Virus record (IMG/VR): IMGVR_UViG_3300031521_000033
Location: 30,210-94,209 of that record
Source: a virus
DNA: 64,000 nt
Strand: one strand, 5' to 3'
The position numbers and the translations under genes were made by a program. Numbering within the stretch: position 1 is the stretch's first letter; the number at the start of each line of letters is the position of its first letter. Shown in pieces: positions 55,801 to 64,000 of the stretch. A model generated the notes under the pieces. It was not told the DNA's origin. It saw only the letters and a list, made by a program, of their open reading frames with translations, and searched no databases.

Positions 55801-58475
55801 GCATAGTCTTGTAATGATATATCATGTTCTGAATATCTTATATCTAATGCTTCTAATGATCTTTTATATGCGTCTAACTGTGCTGCTAGATTATCTTTGA
55901 GCATTGCCAATCCTTCTTTTAATGCTCTTTGAGAATCTTTTATTTCTTGTTTCTTTTGTTTTGAATCATCTGGTGGAAACCTACTTGTGATGTCATTCGG
56001 ATTAATGGATGATTTCTTCGTTGTGCCGCCTTTTGATGCATTTATGTCAGCCATTATTGCTTTGAACTGGCCCGCCATACCGCCACTAGTATATTTACCA
56101 TTCAATAAATCATTATTGGTATTATTACGATAACCATTCTTAGCTAAATTTGCTGCTTTGTCCATACTTGTATTGGCTGAATCTAATAAGTTATTTTTAC
56201 CTTCTGTATTACCATTAAGTGCATCCCAAAATGCATGAGTGTAGTCAATACAGGCACTAATTGTATGACCTAATGATTCAAACATCGCAATCGGTGCTAA
56301 TATAACATCTGCTATAGTTGAAAATACTTTATAACAACCAATTCCAAATGTTACCATTGAAGTTGATGCTAGAACAACAAACCCAATCATATCTTCAATT
56401 AAATTAACAACTGCGTCTAAAGGATCTTCTGTCCCCGTAATACTTTGTGCATATGCTGTTAAATAATCTATACAACTTGCAAGATATAATCCTATTCTTT
56501 CTAATGCATCAATAAACTGTAACATGCCCTCACTTGGAACAAATGTATCTTTTCCATCAACCTGTTGAATTGAGCCTAGTAATAATGACACATAATGTAT
56601 TCCCATAACAATAGCCGGCATAAACTGTTCTGTTATGGATGCTGATGCTTGCGTAAAATAACCCTGAAATTGGGACCATGCACCTGCTAGGGTATTAGGA
56701 AGATTCTTGTTTGATTCTGCATACCCGCTTAATCTGTCTTCTAGAAATGCAAACAGCCCACCTGCCGATGCTTTAGCTGCTGCAATATCTGCATCTGTTA
56801 TTCCTAACTGTTTACCAAGTTTTGTTCTTCCTGCGTTCTGTCCCATTATAATATCAGATGCATCTCTTGTCAAGGTCGCGCCATTTAAGCCCATTTCCTT
56901 ACCAACGGATGTTAATACAGACGACATCTGACGTGTCTGATCTATATTCATACCGGACTGTAAAGCTGGTTCGATTATGCTTCTAAATGTTCCGGTTAAT
57001 TCCTCCGGTTTTACCCCTATTTTTAATGCATCTAATGCAAGTTGTCTAACAAGACCATCTGATATTAGTAATGCATCATTAAATGCTACTTGCTTATCTC
57101 CTACCTGTCCTATTGATGCTAATGCCCCTGCAAGACCGTTTGTAAGCAGTTCTACATTTGCATTATATTCAAGTCCTGGTTTAACTACTTCCCATGCAAG
57201 TTGTCCAATTGTACCTAGCCATCCTGCAACGGTTTCAATAGCACTTACTACACCATATACTGCAAGACCAACAATTGCAAATCCTGCTGCAAATGTCCCT
57301 GCCGCTGTTGCTGCTTCTCCAATAACCCCTGGCATTTTATCTAAATCAAATAATGTTCTACCAATTACTTCTCCTGTTGATCCTAAACCTTTTGTCATTC
57401 TTGATATGTTTGCAAATATATTAGCTGGATTACTTAGTTTGTCAAGCATTGACTGTGTCTTATCTACCCCCGAACCGGAACCAGACTTTGATGATGAACT
57501 CGTTGTTTTCGGCTTTGTTGGGTTTATCAGATTGTTCAATTTTTCTTGTGACGTTCTAGCCTGATTAATTTTATTTAATAATACACCGTAGGATTGACCA
57601 CTCTGGTTAATACTTGGAACCATGCTTGCAAACATGTTCTTTTCTGCCCCGAATGAAAATGATCCTGATGCACGTTTAAAATTAACTAGTGCATCTAATG
57701 CAGCGTTTAATTTATTTCGAGCTATATCAATTCCTGTACCACTTTTAAATGCTTCATCTAAAGTATTGGCCGCTGAAACTGCTTCCGTCTTTAATCCATT
57801 AAATACAGTACCCATTGAAGGTACTTTTACTTTTGGTGCAATCTCTGCTACACTCGAAGTCTTTGAACTACTAATTGTTGGTATTTTAGTAAGTTTATTA
57901 AATTCAGCTTGTTCTTTATTTAAATCTCTTACCTTGTCAATTAATGAATCATAAGATGGTCCATTTGATGAAACAGATCTAGCTAATCCTGCATATGTCC
58001 CACGTTCTGAACCTATTGATAAATTACCTAAAGCCCTTTTAAATATTATTAATTCATTTGTAGCCGCTTCAAATTGAGCCTTTGCACCTTTAAATCCAGA
58101 ACCATCTTGCCATGCTTTGTCTGCGGCGGTTGCCGCTGCAATTACATCTGATTTTAATGATTTATATTTTTCACTTATTTCTTTTGTATTATTAGATACT
58201 TTAGGTGTTTTGATACTTGCATTTCCTAATGTACTTAGTTCACCTAATACATTTTTTGCATTTGTTGATATATTTATCTTATAATTTTTTGATGTTAAAT
58301 TCGATAATGATGATCTTATTGATGCAATTTCACCTAATACTTCTTTAAAATTAGTTGATATTTTAATGGTGGCATTATTTTTGGACATCTCATCAACTTT
58401 AATACCTACTTTATCTAATTCAGCAATTAAGCTTTTTGAATCAGCTTTAATTTTGACATTAAGTTCTTCTGCCAT
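52830..58475 (-). CDS. tape measure protein with lytic transglycosylase and NlpC/P60-like domains
   Basis: 1881 aa helical; QESG..GAGQ..N...A.YL..A.AKYN (SLT); CAEFV..GD...HVA..HSS; C-terminal ATGG..G.GTGTSDS.P.MLS.GEFV. Confidence 0.92.
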   Translation of the reverse strand: MAEELNVKIKADSKSLIAELDKVGIKVDEMSKNNATIKISTNFKEVLGEIASIRSSLSNLTSKNYKINISTNAKNVLGELSTLGNASIKTPKVSNNTKEISEKYKSLKSDVIAAATAADKAWQDGSGFKGAKAQFEAATNELIIFKRALGNLSIGSERGTYAGLARSVSSNGPSYDSLIDKVRDLNKEQAEFNKLTKIPTISSSKTSSVAEIAPKVKVPSMGTVFNGLKTEAVSAANTLDEAFKSGTGIDIARNKLNAALDALVNFKRASGSFSFGAEKNMFASMVPSINQSGQSYGVLLNKINQARTSQEKLNNLINPTKPKTTSSSSKSGSGSGVDKTQSMLDKLSNPANIFANISRMTKGLGSTGEVIGRTLFDLDKMPGVIGEAATAAGTFAAGFAIVGLAVYGVVSAIETVAGWLGTIGQLAWEVVKPGLEYNANVELLTNGLAGALASIGQVGDKQVAFNDALLISDGLVRQLALDALKIGVKPEELTGTFRSIIEPALQSGMNIDQTRQMSSVLTSVGKEMGLNGATLTRDASDIIMGQNAGRTKLGKQLGITDADIAAAKASAGGLFAFLEDRLSGYAESNKNLPNTLAGAWSQFQGYFTQASASITEQFMPAIVMGIHYVSLLLGSIQQVDGKDTFVPSEGMLQFIDALERIGLYLASCIDYLTAYAQSITGTEDPLDAVVNLIEDMIGFVVLASTSMVTFGIGCYKVFSTIADVILAPIAMFESLGHTISACIDYTHAFWDALNGNTEGKNNLLDSANTSMDKAANLAKNGYRNNTNNDLLNGKYTSGGMAGQFKAIMADINASKGGTTKKSSINPNDITSRFPPDDSKQKKQEIKDSQRALKEGLAMLKDNLAAQLDAYKRSLEALDIRYSEHDISLQDYASKQSEITVAESQARIASTNAQLDLVSKTLYTNPDQKDEAIRNLNADLAKYTVALQDATTAQEGVASMMKAYSDHVAEVKDSMNAPNKTGMVETGRQIPTGSTPEEAAAYNASQITGVPLDKLIAVALQESGMQQYQSNGELTTSSDQAHFGAGQIGAGEFQSMLPNGNINDVYDNLLATAMYLKKQYESLTTPDWGMAIAKYNTPNGGNQSYETAVLAHLTEANDISTKLLQSPLMKEKVNVPVVDTGEAVTKAADAMVQQGVTYDQIKCAEFVTQSWDDGLQLTKAINASGQETGNWKTRVPDLVQTAKNLGAYESAGSGYQPSKGDAIVIGKDEHHVAMSTGGLGYVHSSGRDGGSTPADYGNNYQQSWPDVSGYISLNKLTQATGAASSIPALNLPVAKTKEEQAIKKRIEELEKSSDDMMKSYGDMFGDVSSIEKKQAVEAARKSVQLFTSQNRPELASESLKVLDYKQRDLSLSQSQKYVELSLQTINDSATDMMNKIGAGVYSASDAVKKYSDYFSKGNYGFDLKQQIATQEKIRDVAQQNGQLDQYWKAVKAIKESKDALDAIVTNFKKAVTDNADYQNNVTENTYSMTTGQKTESKKQTDSTKYNTLADMDKSRLVDYYKSFDRANTSIEKMKILFNDIFPTEKLIRMNQLLGYLPTILEQVRQSSKQAFEDGLNSFLTDGVNNATSLSEAFNSMIISILKSIQKVFADQLTKDWMNMLFPTKKTNAVDDKSKTTSDNTIFGTANVMEGLTTPKTNITDYNPISSTNNTDFNNTSGNLDTSATQATTVMQSLNTSVSSAMDTIMQGISSALATVSSATSQIGTTANSSTTNSGTSYTFSNADLLHAATGGFISGAGTGTSDSVPSMLSHGEFVVKAASVKKMGLGYLNALNNGDLYNMHIPRAHFATGGIVGETASQTTAKGITSFAKNIGSNVTTNANLNIALVKNQDEAIEHFMRSGPGQKVVVDITRNNKGVVNRLIR

Positions 58476-58491
58476 TTATACTACCACCCCT

Positions 58492-59192
58492 TTATTCTCT
58501 CATTTTATCTGTAAGTTTTTTAATTTCTTTTCCTCCACCAAATGCACCGCCAATACCTGCCATAACATTTTCAATGAAATTTGCATCTCGTCTAGTATCT
58601 CCTTTGACACATTTTTCATATAATATTCTTATTTCTTCCGAAGTATAATCATTTAACACGCTTTCCTTTGTATGACCATGGTCAATTAATACCTGCAATA
58701 TTTCATATGGTGTTAATACTATTTCTTCTTTTTTTCGGTTTGTTTCGGTGGGTTCTTCATCAAACTTCCGAAACGTTTCATGAAAAAACTTTTATTTACC
58801 TCATATATTTTTTTAGCTAAATCAAATCCGTCATCCATACTTAAATTTTCAATTGTTTCAATATCAAGTCCACTACCAAGTGACATAATCTTATCAATAC
58901 AATCAATTAATTCTTCATCTAGTAAATCAAGTGACTTAGCAATTACTACAAATTGAGCTGTTTTTGTTTGGGCTTCATTGAAGTTATTTATAAGTAATGC
59001 AATCGTTTCTGCACTATCTGTAACCTTTATTGCAATTTTACCAAGTTCCTTTAAAGCTATTGCTGATTTCTTCCAGGAGAATTGTTTAATCTCAATATTT
59101 TCTCCATTTATTTTTAATTCTTCTATTTCCGCAAATAATAAATCTGCTTCTTTAACACTATTATCATTATCTTTTACACTTTTTACTACCAT
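58492..59192 (-). CDS. tail assembly chaperone GT, -1 programmed frameshift product
   Basis: -1 frame is open from T_TTT_TTC (58782-58788) through A_AAA_AAG (58728-58734) into 58492..58698. Confidence 0.8.
58719..59192 (-). CDS. tail assembly chaperone G
   Basis: Between major tail and tape measure genes; ends ..EVN.SFF.. Confidence 0.8.
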   Translation of the reverse strand: MVVKSVKDNDNSVKEADLLFAEIEELKINGENIEIKQFSWKKSAIALKELGKIAIKVTDSAETIALLINNFNEAQTKTAQFVVIAKSLDLLDEELIDCIDKIMSLGSGLDIETIENLSMDDGFDLAKKIYEVNKSFFMKRFGSLMKNPPKQTEKKKK

Positions 59193-59221
59193 TTATTTTA
59201 TCAACCTCTCATATTTTAATT

Positions 59222-59254
59222 AAAAAATAAAGCCCCCCTCAATTGGAGGAGGGC
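59222..59254 (-). terminator. intrinsic terminator after major tail gene
   Basis: GCCCTCCTC-caatt-GAGGGGGGC then TTTATTTTTT. Confidence 0.8.
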
Positions 59255-59259
59255 ATTTA

Positions 59260-60423
59260 TTAACGATTATCTACTGTTTTGTAGTATGGGAATGCACGAT
59301 GATGTTTTTTGTCATCAAGCAACGTTCCTTTGATCTTGTAAGTACCAAAATCTGTACCAATGAATCCACTTGTATCACCATCTGGAACTAATTTAACCCT
59401 CCAGAACTCTCCGCTGAGAGACGGACCAACATTTGGATCACCGACGAATCTCATATATCCTTCAATTTCGCCTGCGCTGCCACCACTAATTGCTGGATAT
59501 GCACCTGCTGGAACTGTGAATGATATTGTAACTGGAGTATCGGCGGCGGTGGCTGATGTACTTAATATTCTTATCATACCAGCCCTTGCATCCTGCTCAT
59601 CGCATTCATAGTCTGTATCCAGAACATACGCCTGTGCGGACTGTGCTGGTGTTGCTGTAGCCTGATATATTTCATTTATAATAAAGGTTTGACCTGTTGT
59701 AACTGCAAATGTGAATGTAACACCTTCGGCCAACGTAAACGCATGTGACGTGGCTGTTGCACTAACTACCCCTGCGGAAGTCCACGGGCCAATTGAACTT
59801 AGACCATATTCAACTTCAAGACCATTTAGATCACCTGCGGCCGTTGGTGCAACTTTTACTTGTGCGTAATATGTTTTAGATGTCGTTCCTGTGTAAGTTC
59901 CGCTAGATGTAACTGTACCTGTCGATGCTAACGCCGTTTCTTTTGTGGAAACTCCAATAGATGCTGGAGTACCACCAGAATTAGGTGTAATAGTAATACC
60001 TGCTATGTTATAGTATGCATCACCATTAGCATCACGCAACTCAATTACTGTATCTGGTGAAACAACCATTGACTTAGTCAATGTACCCGCTACCTGAGTA
60101 TGGATTGCTTCTTCACCATATAAACCAAGTGCCAAATTTGTTGCATCATATTCTGTAAGTGTTGCGTTTACTACTACTTCTGTACCTGTGTTAACACTAT
60201 TCATGGTAACACGTTCTTTATTCATAGAACTTTTCTTTTGTACAGTTGTAACAGTTGTTGTTACCGTCATATCATCTGCATTGCCCATAAAATGAGTTTT
60301 ACCTGTATCATATACTCCATCAATAAATCGTTTGAAGTATAATTTACCAGCACCCATCATCTGGTCAGGTGCAGACGACTCAGTTGCGGTCGCAAATATC
60401 TGTAAACCAAATTTAAAATCCAT
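59260..60423 (-). CDS. major tail tube protein with inserted beta-rich domain
   Basis: G.GKLYF...GN...NLAL.L.G ... G..RF.G.P..G ... V.L.P.G motifs; followed by terminator and chaperone. Confidence 0.85.
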   Translation of the reverse strand: MDFKFGLQIFATATESSAPDQMMGAGKLYFKRFIDGVYDTGKTHFMGNADDMTVTTTVTTVQKKSSMNKERVTMNSVNTGTEVVVNATLTEYDATNLALGLYGEEAIHTQVAGTLTKSMVVSPDTVIELRDANGDAYYNIAGITITPNSGGTPASIGVSTKETALASTGTVTSSGTYTGTTSKTYYAQVKVAPTAAGDLNGLEVEYGLSSIGPWTSAGVVSATATSHAFTLAEGVTFTFAVTTGQTFIINEIYQATATPAQSAQAYVLDTDYECDEQDARAGMIRILSTSATAADTPVTISFTVPAGAYPAISGGSAGEIEGYMRFVGDPNVGPSLSGEFWRVKLVPDGDTSGFIGTDFGTYKIKGTLLDDKKHHRAFPYYKTVDNR

Positions 60424-60436
60424 CAATTTATTCCCC

Positions 60437-60913
60437 CTATATTCTACTCTTTTTCCAATGTATCTCTAGTACAACCCGTATTTGAAATACTGGTCTTGCA
60501 GTATCCCCGTCAGATAATACCCCGGTAATGGCAACACTTGAGGCTATTTTCTCATCTATTACTAATTTCCTAGGCCATACCAACGTTAACTTTGCTAAAT
60601 CATTTACCATTTGATATGCTTGTATGTAATTATCTTCTGGTGAATCACTACCTGTATTTGTATAAAAATCTAGCCAAAGTGATGTTATACCTTCATTTTC
60701 TTTCTGTGGATCATCCTTTGTTTCATTATCAAATAATATTTCCATACATGGGTATGTTCTTGCATCTCCCAAACTTCCAATCCTCGCTGTAAATAAACTG
60801 TAATCTGATATTTCTTCAAATACATGTTTACCTTGTTTGTCAGTATATGTTGTGATATAATTTAATAAATGCTGAGATAACGGAAGCCACATTAGTATAG
60901 GAACTCTATTCAA
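60437..60913 (-). CDS. putative tail terminator/completion protein
   Basis: Synteny; YP.. motif. Confidence 0.5.
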   Translation of the reverse strand: MNRVPILMWLPLSQHLLNYITTYTDKQGKHVFEEISDYSLFTARIGSLGDARTYPCMEILFDNETKDDPQKENEGITSLWLDFYTNTGSDSPEDNYIQAYQMVNDLAKLTLVWPRKLVIDEKIASSVAITGVLSDGDTARPVFQIRVVLEIHWKKSRI

Positions 60914-60917
60914 TAAA

Positions 60918-61298
60918 TCATCTCCTATACATTCTTACAGTCATTGGAAACTGTCTTTTTGGCGATGCAATTCCTGTTGTATATGTAGTTGCGGTAAGAG
61001 ACTGTTCAAACTGATCTAATTGTGTCTGATACATCTTGTACTTTAACGCAAATGCATCCTCAGAATTATCTTTACCCGTACTAAACATTGTCTTTTTCAT
61101 AGCGGCTGTCATATAAGCAAATAATTCTGCTTGCCTTGATACCTTGTATGGTGTCGGTTCTACAATTTGATTAGCGGGTACTCCAAGGCTTTCAGCAAAT
61201 GACTCAACATACTCACTACTTTCTTCAATTATTTTTTGTGTAACCCATTTTGATAATAAACTATCATCTAGGGTTGACACATCAAAATATATCCTCAT
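60918..61298 (-). CDS. putative head-tail connector protein
   Basis: Synteny and size. Confidence 0.5.
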   Translation of the reverse strand: MRIYFDVSTLDDSLLSKWVTQKIIEESSEYVESFAESLGVPANQIVEPTPYKVSRQAELFAYMTAAMKKTMFSTGKDNSEDAFALKYKMYQTQLDQFEQSLTATTYTTGIASPKRQFPMTVRMYRR

Positions 61299-61789
61299 TT
61301 GCTTTCCCCCCTAATTAATTCATGTAGTCCCTCTTTAAATATATCATCAATGTTTTTAATGTTGTCCTCTAGCGCATTATATAAGAATTGATCATCGTCA
61401 CTTCCTGGATGCATAACCTTTTTAGAAAAAACAAAACTTCCCTGTCTTTCCCAAAAGAATGCTAACCATTTTGCGTTTCTTGGTTCAATTGAATACCTTG
61501 CACCTTTCGGACCATATATACCAGTTCCCTCATGAACATATATACCATAAGGTGCTTCTTTCTTATCTATTCTAATAATACCAGTTTGTAACTGACTTAT
61601 TACTTTATACTTTATTGCTCTTTCAAGCGTTCCAGTACGACTCTTAAAGAAATGATTTTTCTTTGCTTCTGATTTAATTAACTTACAAGAGGCAACTAGG
61701 CACTTTTTTATATATGTATCTAGCTGACTTTTCATAAGAGTTATATCTGACTTTAGTCCTGTTGTATCAACCGCTACAGTATATTCCAT
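61295..61789 (-). CDS. HK97 gp10-like neck protein
   Basis: EAK...RTG.L..AI...APYG.YVHEGTG...HPG....FL..A. Confidence 0.8.
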   Translation of the reverse strand: MEYTVAVDTTGLKSDITLMKSQLDTYIKKCLVASCKLIKSEAKKNHFFKSRTGTLERAIKYKVISQLQTGIIRIDKKEAPYGIYVHEGTGIYGPKGARYSIEPRNAKWLAFFWERQGSFVFSKKVMHPGSDDDQFLYNALEDNIKNIDDIFKEGLHELIRGESK

Positions 61790-61800
61790 AGCTAACTACT

Positions 61801-62850
61801 TTACTGTATAGTTGCAATCAGGATGTTACCACCACCAACATTGAAAGATGGTAATACAATCTGTGATACTCTTGTTTCAACGTTAACTGGTAAACTGATT
61901 ACTTCTGTAACTACTGCTACACCAGTATTAACAATTGATACGTTTGCATTAGTCTGGTGTGTCATAAGATCCATTTCTTCTGGTGTAGTACCGTAAATGC
62001 AATTACCTAATGTTCCAGAAACAATAAATGTTACAACGCCATCTGGATAAAATTTATGCCCCACGCCACCAGGTTCTAGCGCATATAATTCACGGTATTC
62101 TTGTACAGCTACCCCAAGTTTTAATTGGAATATTTGTTTTATATCAGAATCAGAAATAAGTAATCCTTCTGTTGTTGTTGCATCTGGATATAAATTACGG
62201 GCAATCGACAAATTAGATTTTAGTATTGCAAATGTCCCAAGAGACATAACAGCACGAGTAAGTCTTACACCATATCTAACTTCAAATTTCTTAAGCCAGC
62301 CATCTACGTCCTGTAATGGTTTAGAATCTGCCTCTGCCCAAGGAATTTTTGCCGTAACTTTTTGTGGTTTTTCTAAAGCATAATCGAAACTAAGTGGAAC
62401 ACCCGAAGATTCTATATCAATTCTACCCGAAGCCAAAAGTTGCATTACCATACGTTCTTTTACAACGTCCGCGCCCTTAATAAGATTTGCCGTATCATCC
62501 ATGATATGTGCAATATAAGGTTTAAGTAAATCTGCATTGCCTGCCGCTGCAAACATCATCAATTTCTGGCGTAATTCTTCATCAATTTTCATACGTTCAC
62601 GGAAGAACGGCATTTTTGTTTTGCTTGTTTTTAGGCTGATGCGTTCTCTGTAGGCAGGTAATGCATCAAACTGACTTGCTTTTAGCATAACTGGTAAACC
62701 CGCTCTACCAGTAATCATATTAATTTCTAACCCAATTTGTTTATCAGGTGGAAACAATGCCGCACCAAGATATCTGGACTGATCCGCATTGGTATCATTC
62801 CAATACCCTACAATTCTTTCTGGTGTTATTAATTGATCTAAATTTAACAC
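61801..62850 (-). CDS. major capsid protein (lambda gpE family)
   Basis: YLG..LFP, P.F.E...I.E, E.M..Q.L..G, W.....P..D, YG.TPEE, LPSF. Confidence 0.88.
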   Translation of the reverse strand: MLNLDQLITPERIVGYWNDTNADQSRYLGAALFPPDKQIGLEINMITGRAGLPVMLKASQFDALPAYRERISLKTSKTKMPFFRERMKIDEELRQKLMMFAAAGNADLLKPYIAHIMDDTANLIKGADVVKERMVMQLLASGRIDIESSGVPLSFDYALEKPQKVTAKIPWAEADSKPLQDVDGWLKKFEVRYGVRLTRAVMSLGTFAILKSNLSIARNLYPDATTTEGLLISDSDIKQIFQLKLGVAVQEYRELYALEPGGVGHKFYPDGVVTFIVSGTLGNCIYGTTPEEMDLMTHQTNANVSIVNTGVAVVTEVISLPVNVETRVSQIVLPSFNVGGGNILIATIQ

Positions 62851-62864
62851 TATTTAATTCCCCC

Positions 62865-63926
62865 TTATTCGTTTCTCAAAAATGTAATTGCAGGTAATTT
62901 AGCTCTAATATTAACATCCGGTTCAACTGGAATTTTATCAAGATTTATGAACCCTGCAATAACCAATACCCCTGCTTCATCACCATATGTAACATTAACA
63001 TCATGTAATAAAATACCATCAACACTGGCTGTTTCAGAACTAGCGGAACCACCTGTAGTTGCAACTCGTACTGTACCACTTGCATATGCTCTGAATGTAT
63101 ATATTTCATTTATAGTAAATACTTGACCTGTTGTTACTGCAAATGTAACCGTTGCCCCTGATGGTAAAGTTATTGTCTGAGTTGTTTGGGAAGTAGATAC
63201 TGTTAACGCTGTTGTATATGTACCGCCCTGAGTTGCTGATACACCAACAACTAATCCATTTAAATTACCTGCGGCCGTTGGTGCAGTTGTAACTTTAACA
63301 AAGTAATCTTGGTTTGTAGTACCTGTATATGTACCTGCAGCAGTTACTGTACCTGTTGAACCAAGTGCTGTTGCCATAGATGCGGAACCAACTACTGCGG
63401 CAGAACTTACAACTAAAACTGTATCTGCTGTAGTTTCATCAGAAAGTGTTGCAACAACTAAATTATTTGCATCCTCATCATTGTTTATAACACTCACTAA
63501 TCTACCACGAGTCGTTAAAATATCTGTTCCATCATATGCCAAAACAACATTAATTGTTAATCCACTGACACTGATTTCTGTGTCATATGAAGCTTCGATT
63601 GGTTTGTATAAGTTAATCGTAATTGCTCTATCTGTTGCCTTTTTATCAGTTATTACTACCGTATTGGCGATAGTAATTGTGCCATTAACACCAGTTTGTA
63701 CAACTTGATTTGCCACCTGGTTGGAATTTTCAAGTAACGACATATTCTGTCCATATAAAAACGTCCCTTTCGGTATTACATATCTACCAAATTCATCTGC
63801 TGTTAACCCCGCGATAGTGGACTGACTTACTTTAACAGGTTTGCCAACCATGTTTTCACGGTACATTAAGATAGATTCTTCAAATCCTTCATAATGTCGT
63901 TCAGTTTGCTTAAAATCCATTGTCAT
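62865..63926 (-). CDS. head decoration protein with large inserted domains
   Basis: G...IP.GT N-part and GILLHDVNVT.G...G....GFIN...P......LP.ITF C-part flank a ~230 aa insert; directly upstream of capsid gene. Confidence 0.75.
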   Translation of the reverse strand: MTMDFKQTERHYEGFEESILMYRENMVGKPVKVSQSTIAGLTADEFGRYVIPKGTFLYGQNMSLLENSNQVANQVVQTGVNGTITIANTVVITDKKATDRAITINLYKPIEASYDTEISVSGLTINVVLAYDGTDILTTRGRLVSVINNDEDANNLVVATLSDETTADTVLVVSSAAVVGSASMATALGSTGTVTAAGTYTGTTNQDYFVKVTTAPTAAGNLNGLVVGVSATQGGTYTTALTVSTSQTTQTITLPSGATVTFAVTTGQVFTINEIYTFRAYASGTVRVATTGGSASSETASVDGILLHDVNVTYGDEAGVLVIAGFINLDKIPVEPDVNIRAKLPAITFLRNE

Positions 63927-63944
63927 TAATTATTTTCCCCCTTA

Positions 63945-64000
63945 TTAATTAAAAAAATTCTTTAGAGCATCAGTATTACCTTTTGACGCTTTTTTACTGG
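63945..64000 (-). CDS. C-terminal end of probable scaffold protein
   Basis: Open frame ..SKKASKGNTDALKNFFN*; synteny only. Confidence 0.4.
   Translation of the reverse strand, partial: SKKASKGNTDALKNFFN

Noticed and set aside
427-63708. All plus-strand ORFs in the six-frame track (e.g. 29193..29768, 33455..34009, 56977..57564)
   Set aside because: They lie antisense to well-supported minus-strand genes, lack recognisable motifs and have shadow-ORF composition
1-64000. tRNA genes, CRISPR array, large ncRNA
   Set aside because: Gaps in the ORF track are filled by short ORFs, promoters or terminators; no cloverleaf or spaced direct repeats recognised by eye (tRNAscan/Infernal not run)
1-64000. 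Stop-codon reassignment
   Set aside because: Long conserved genes are intact in code 11 and TAA, TAG and TGA all end genes at sensible positions; only one isolated internal TAA was noted
1-64000. Temperate lifestyle or prophage call
   Set aside because: No integrase, repressor, att site or host genes in the window; Leu762 alone is insufficient

Overview
A 64 kb segment of an AT-rich tailed dsDNA phage (siphovirus architecture) with essentially all real genes on the minus strand. In transcription order (right to left) it carries: end of a probable scaffold gene, head decoration, lambda gpE-type major capsid, head-tail joining genes, major tail protein, tail chaperone with a -1 frameshift, tape measure protein (SLT and NlpC/P60-like domains), a D3112/chi-like tail-tip module, two fibre/RBP genes and a six-gene lysis cassette. 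An early/middle region follows with SNF2 helicase, HAD phosphatase, 3D-domain protein, HNH endonuclease, MazG, class III RNR (nrdG-nrdD plus an FTR-like FeS protein), intein-containing ThyX, DnaC-like loader, DnaB, primase, RNA ligase, SSB, intein-containing family A polymerase, beta clamp, YycJ-like nuclease, RecU-like resolvase, metallophosphoesterase, RecA, many small ORFs and a DnaX-like clamp loader truncated at the left edge. Nine near-consensus sigma-A promoters and four intrinsic terminators are visible. An anaerobic Bacillota host, possibly diderm Negativicutes, is inferred, not shown. The most interesting observations are: promoters embedded in G-U-compensated hairpins that can form only on read-through RNA, a redoxin-type NrdD coupled to a ferredoxin:thioredoxin-reductase-like gene, a lysis cassette with no recognisable spanin but with L,D-transpeptidase-like and permuted papain-like enzymes, a domain duplicated between head decoration and tail tube proteins, and a Prp-type cleavage motif on the tail tube protein. 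No tRNA, CRISPR array, integrase or reverse transcriptase was seen. All family calls come from motif recognition by eye; no searches were run.
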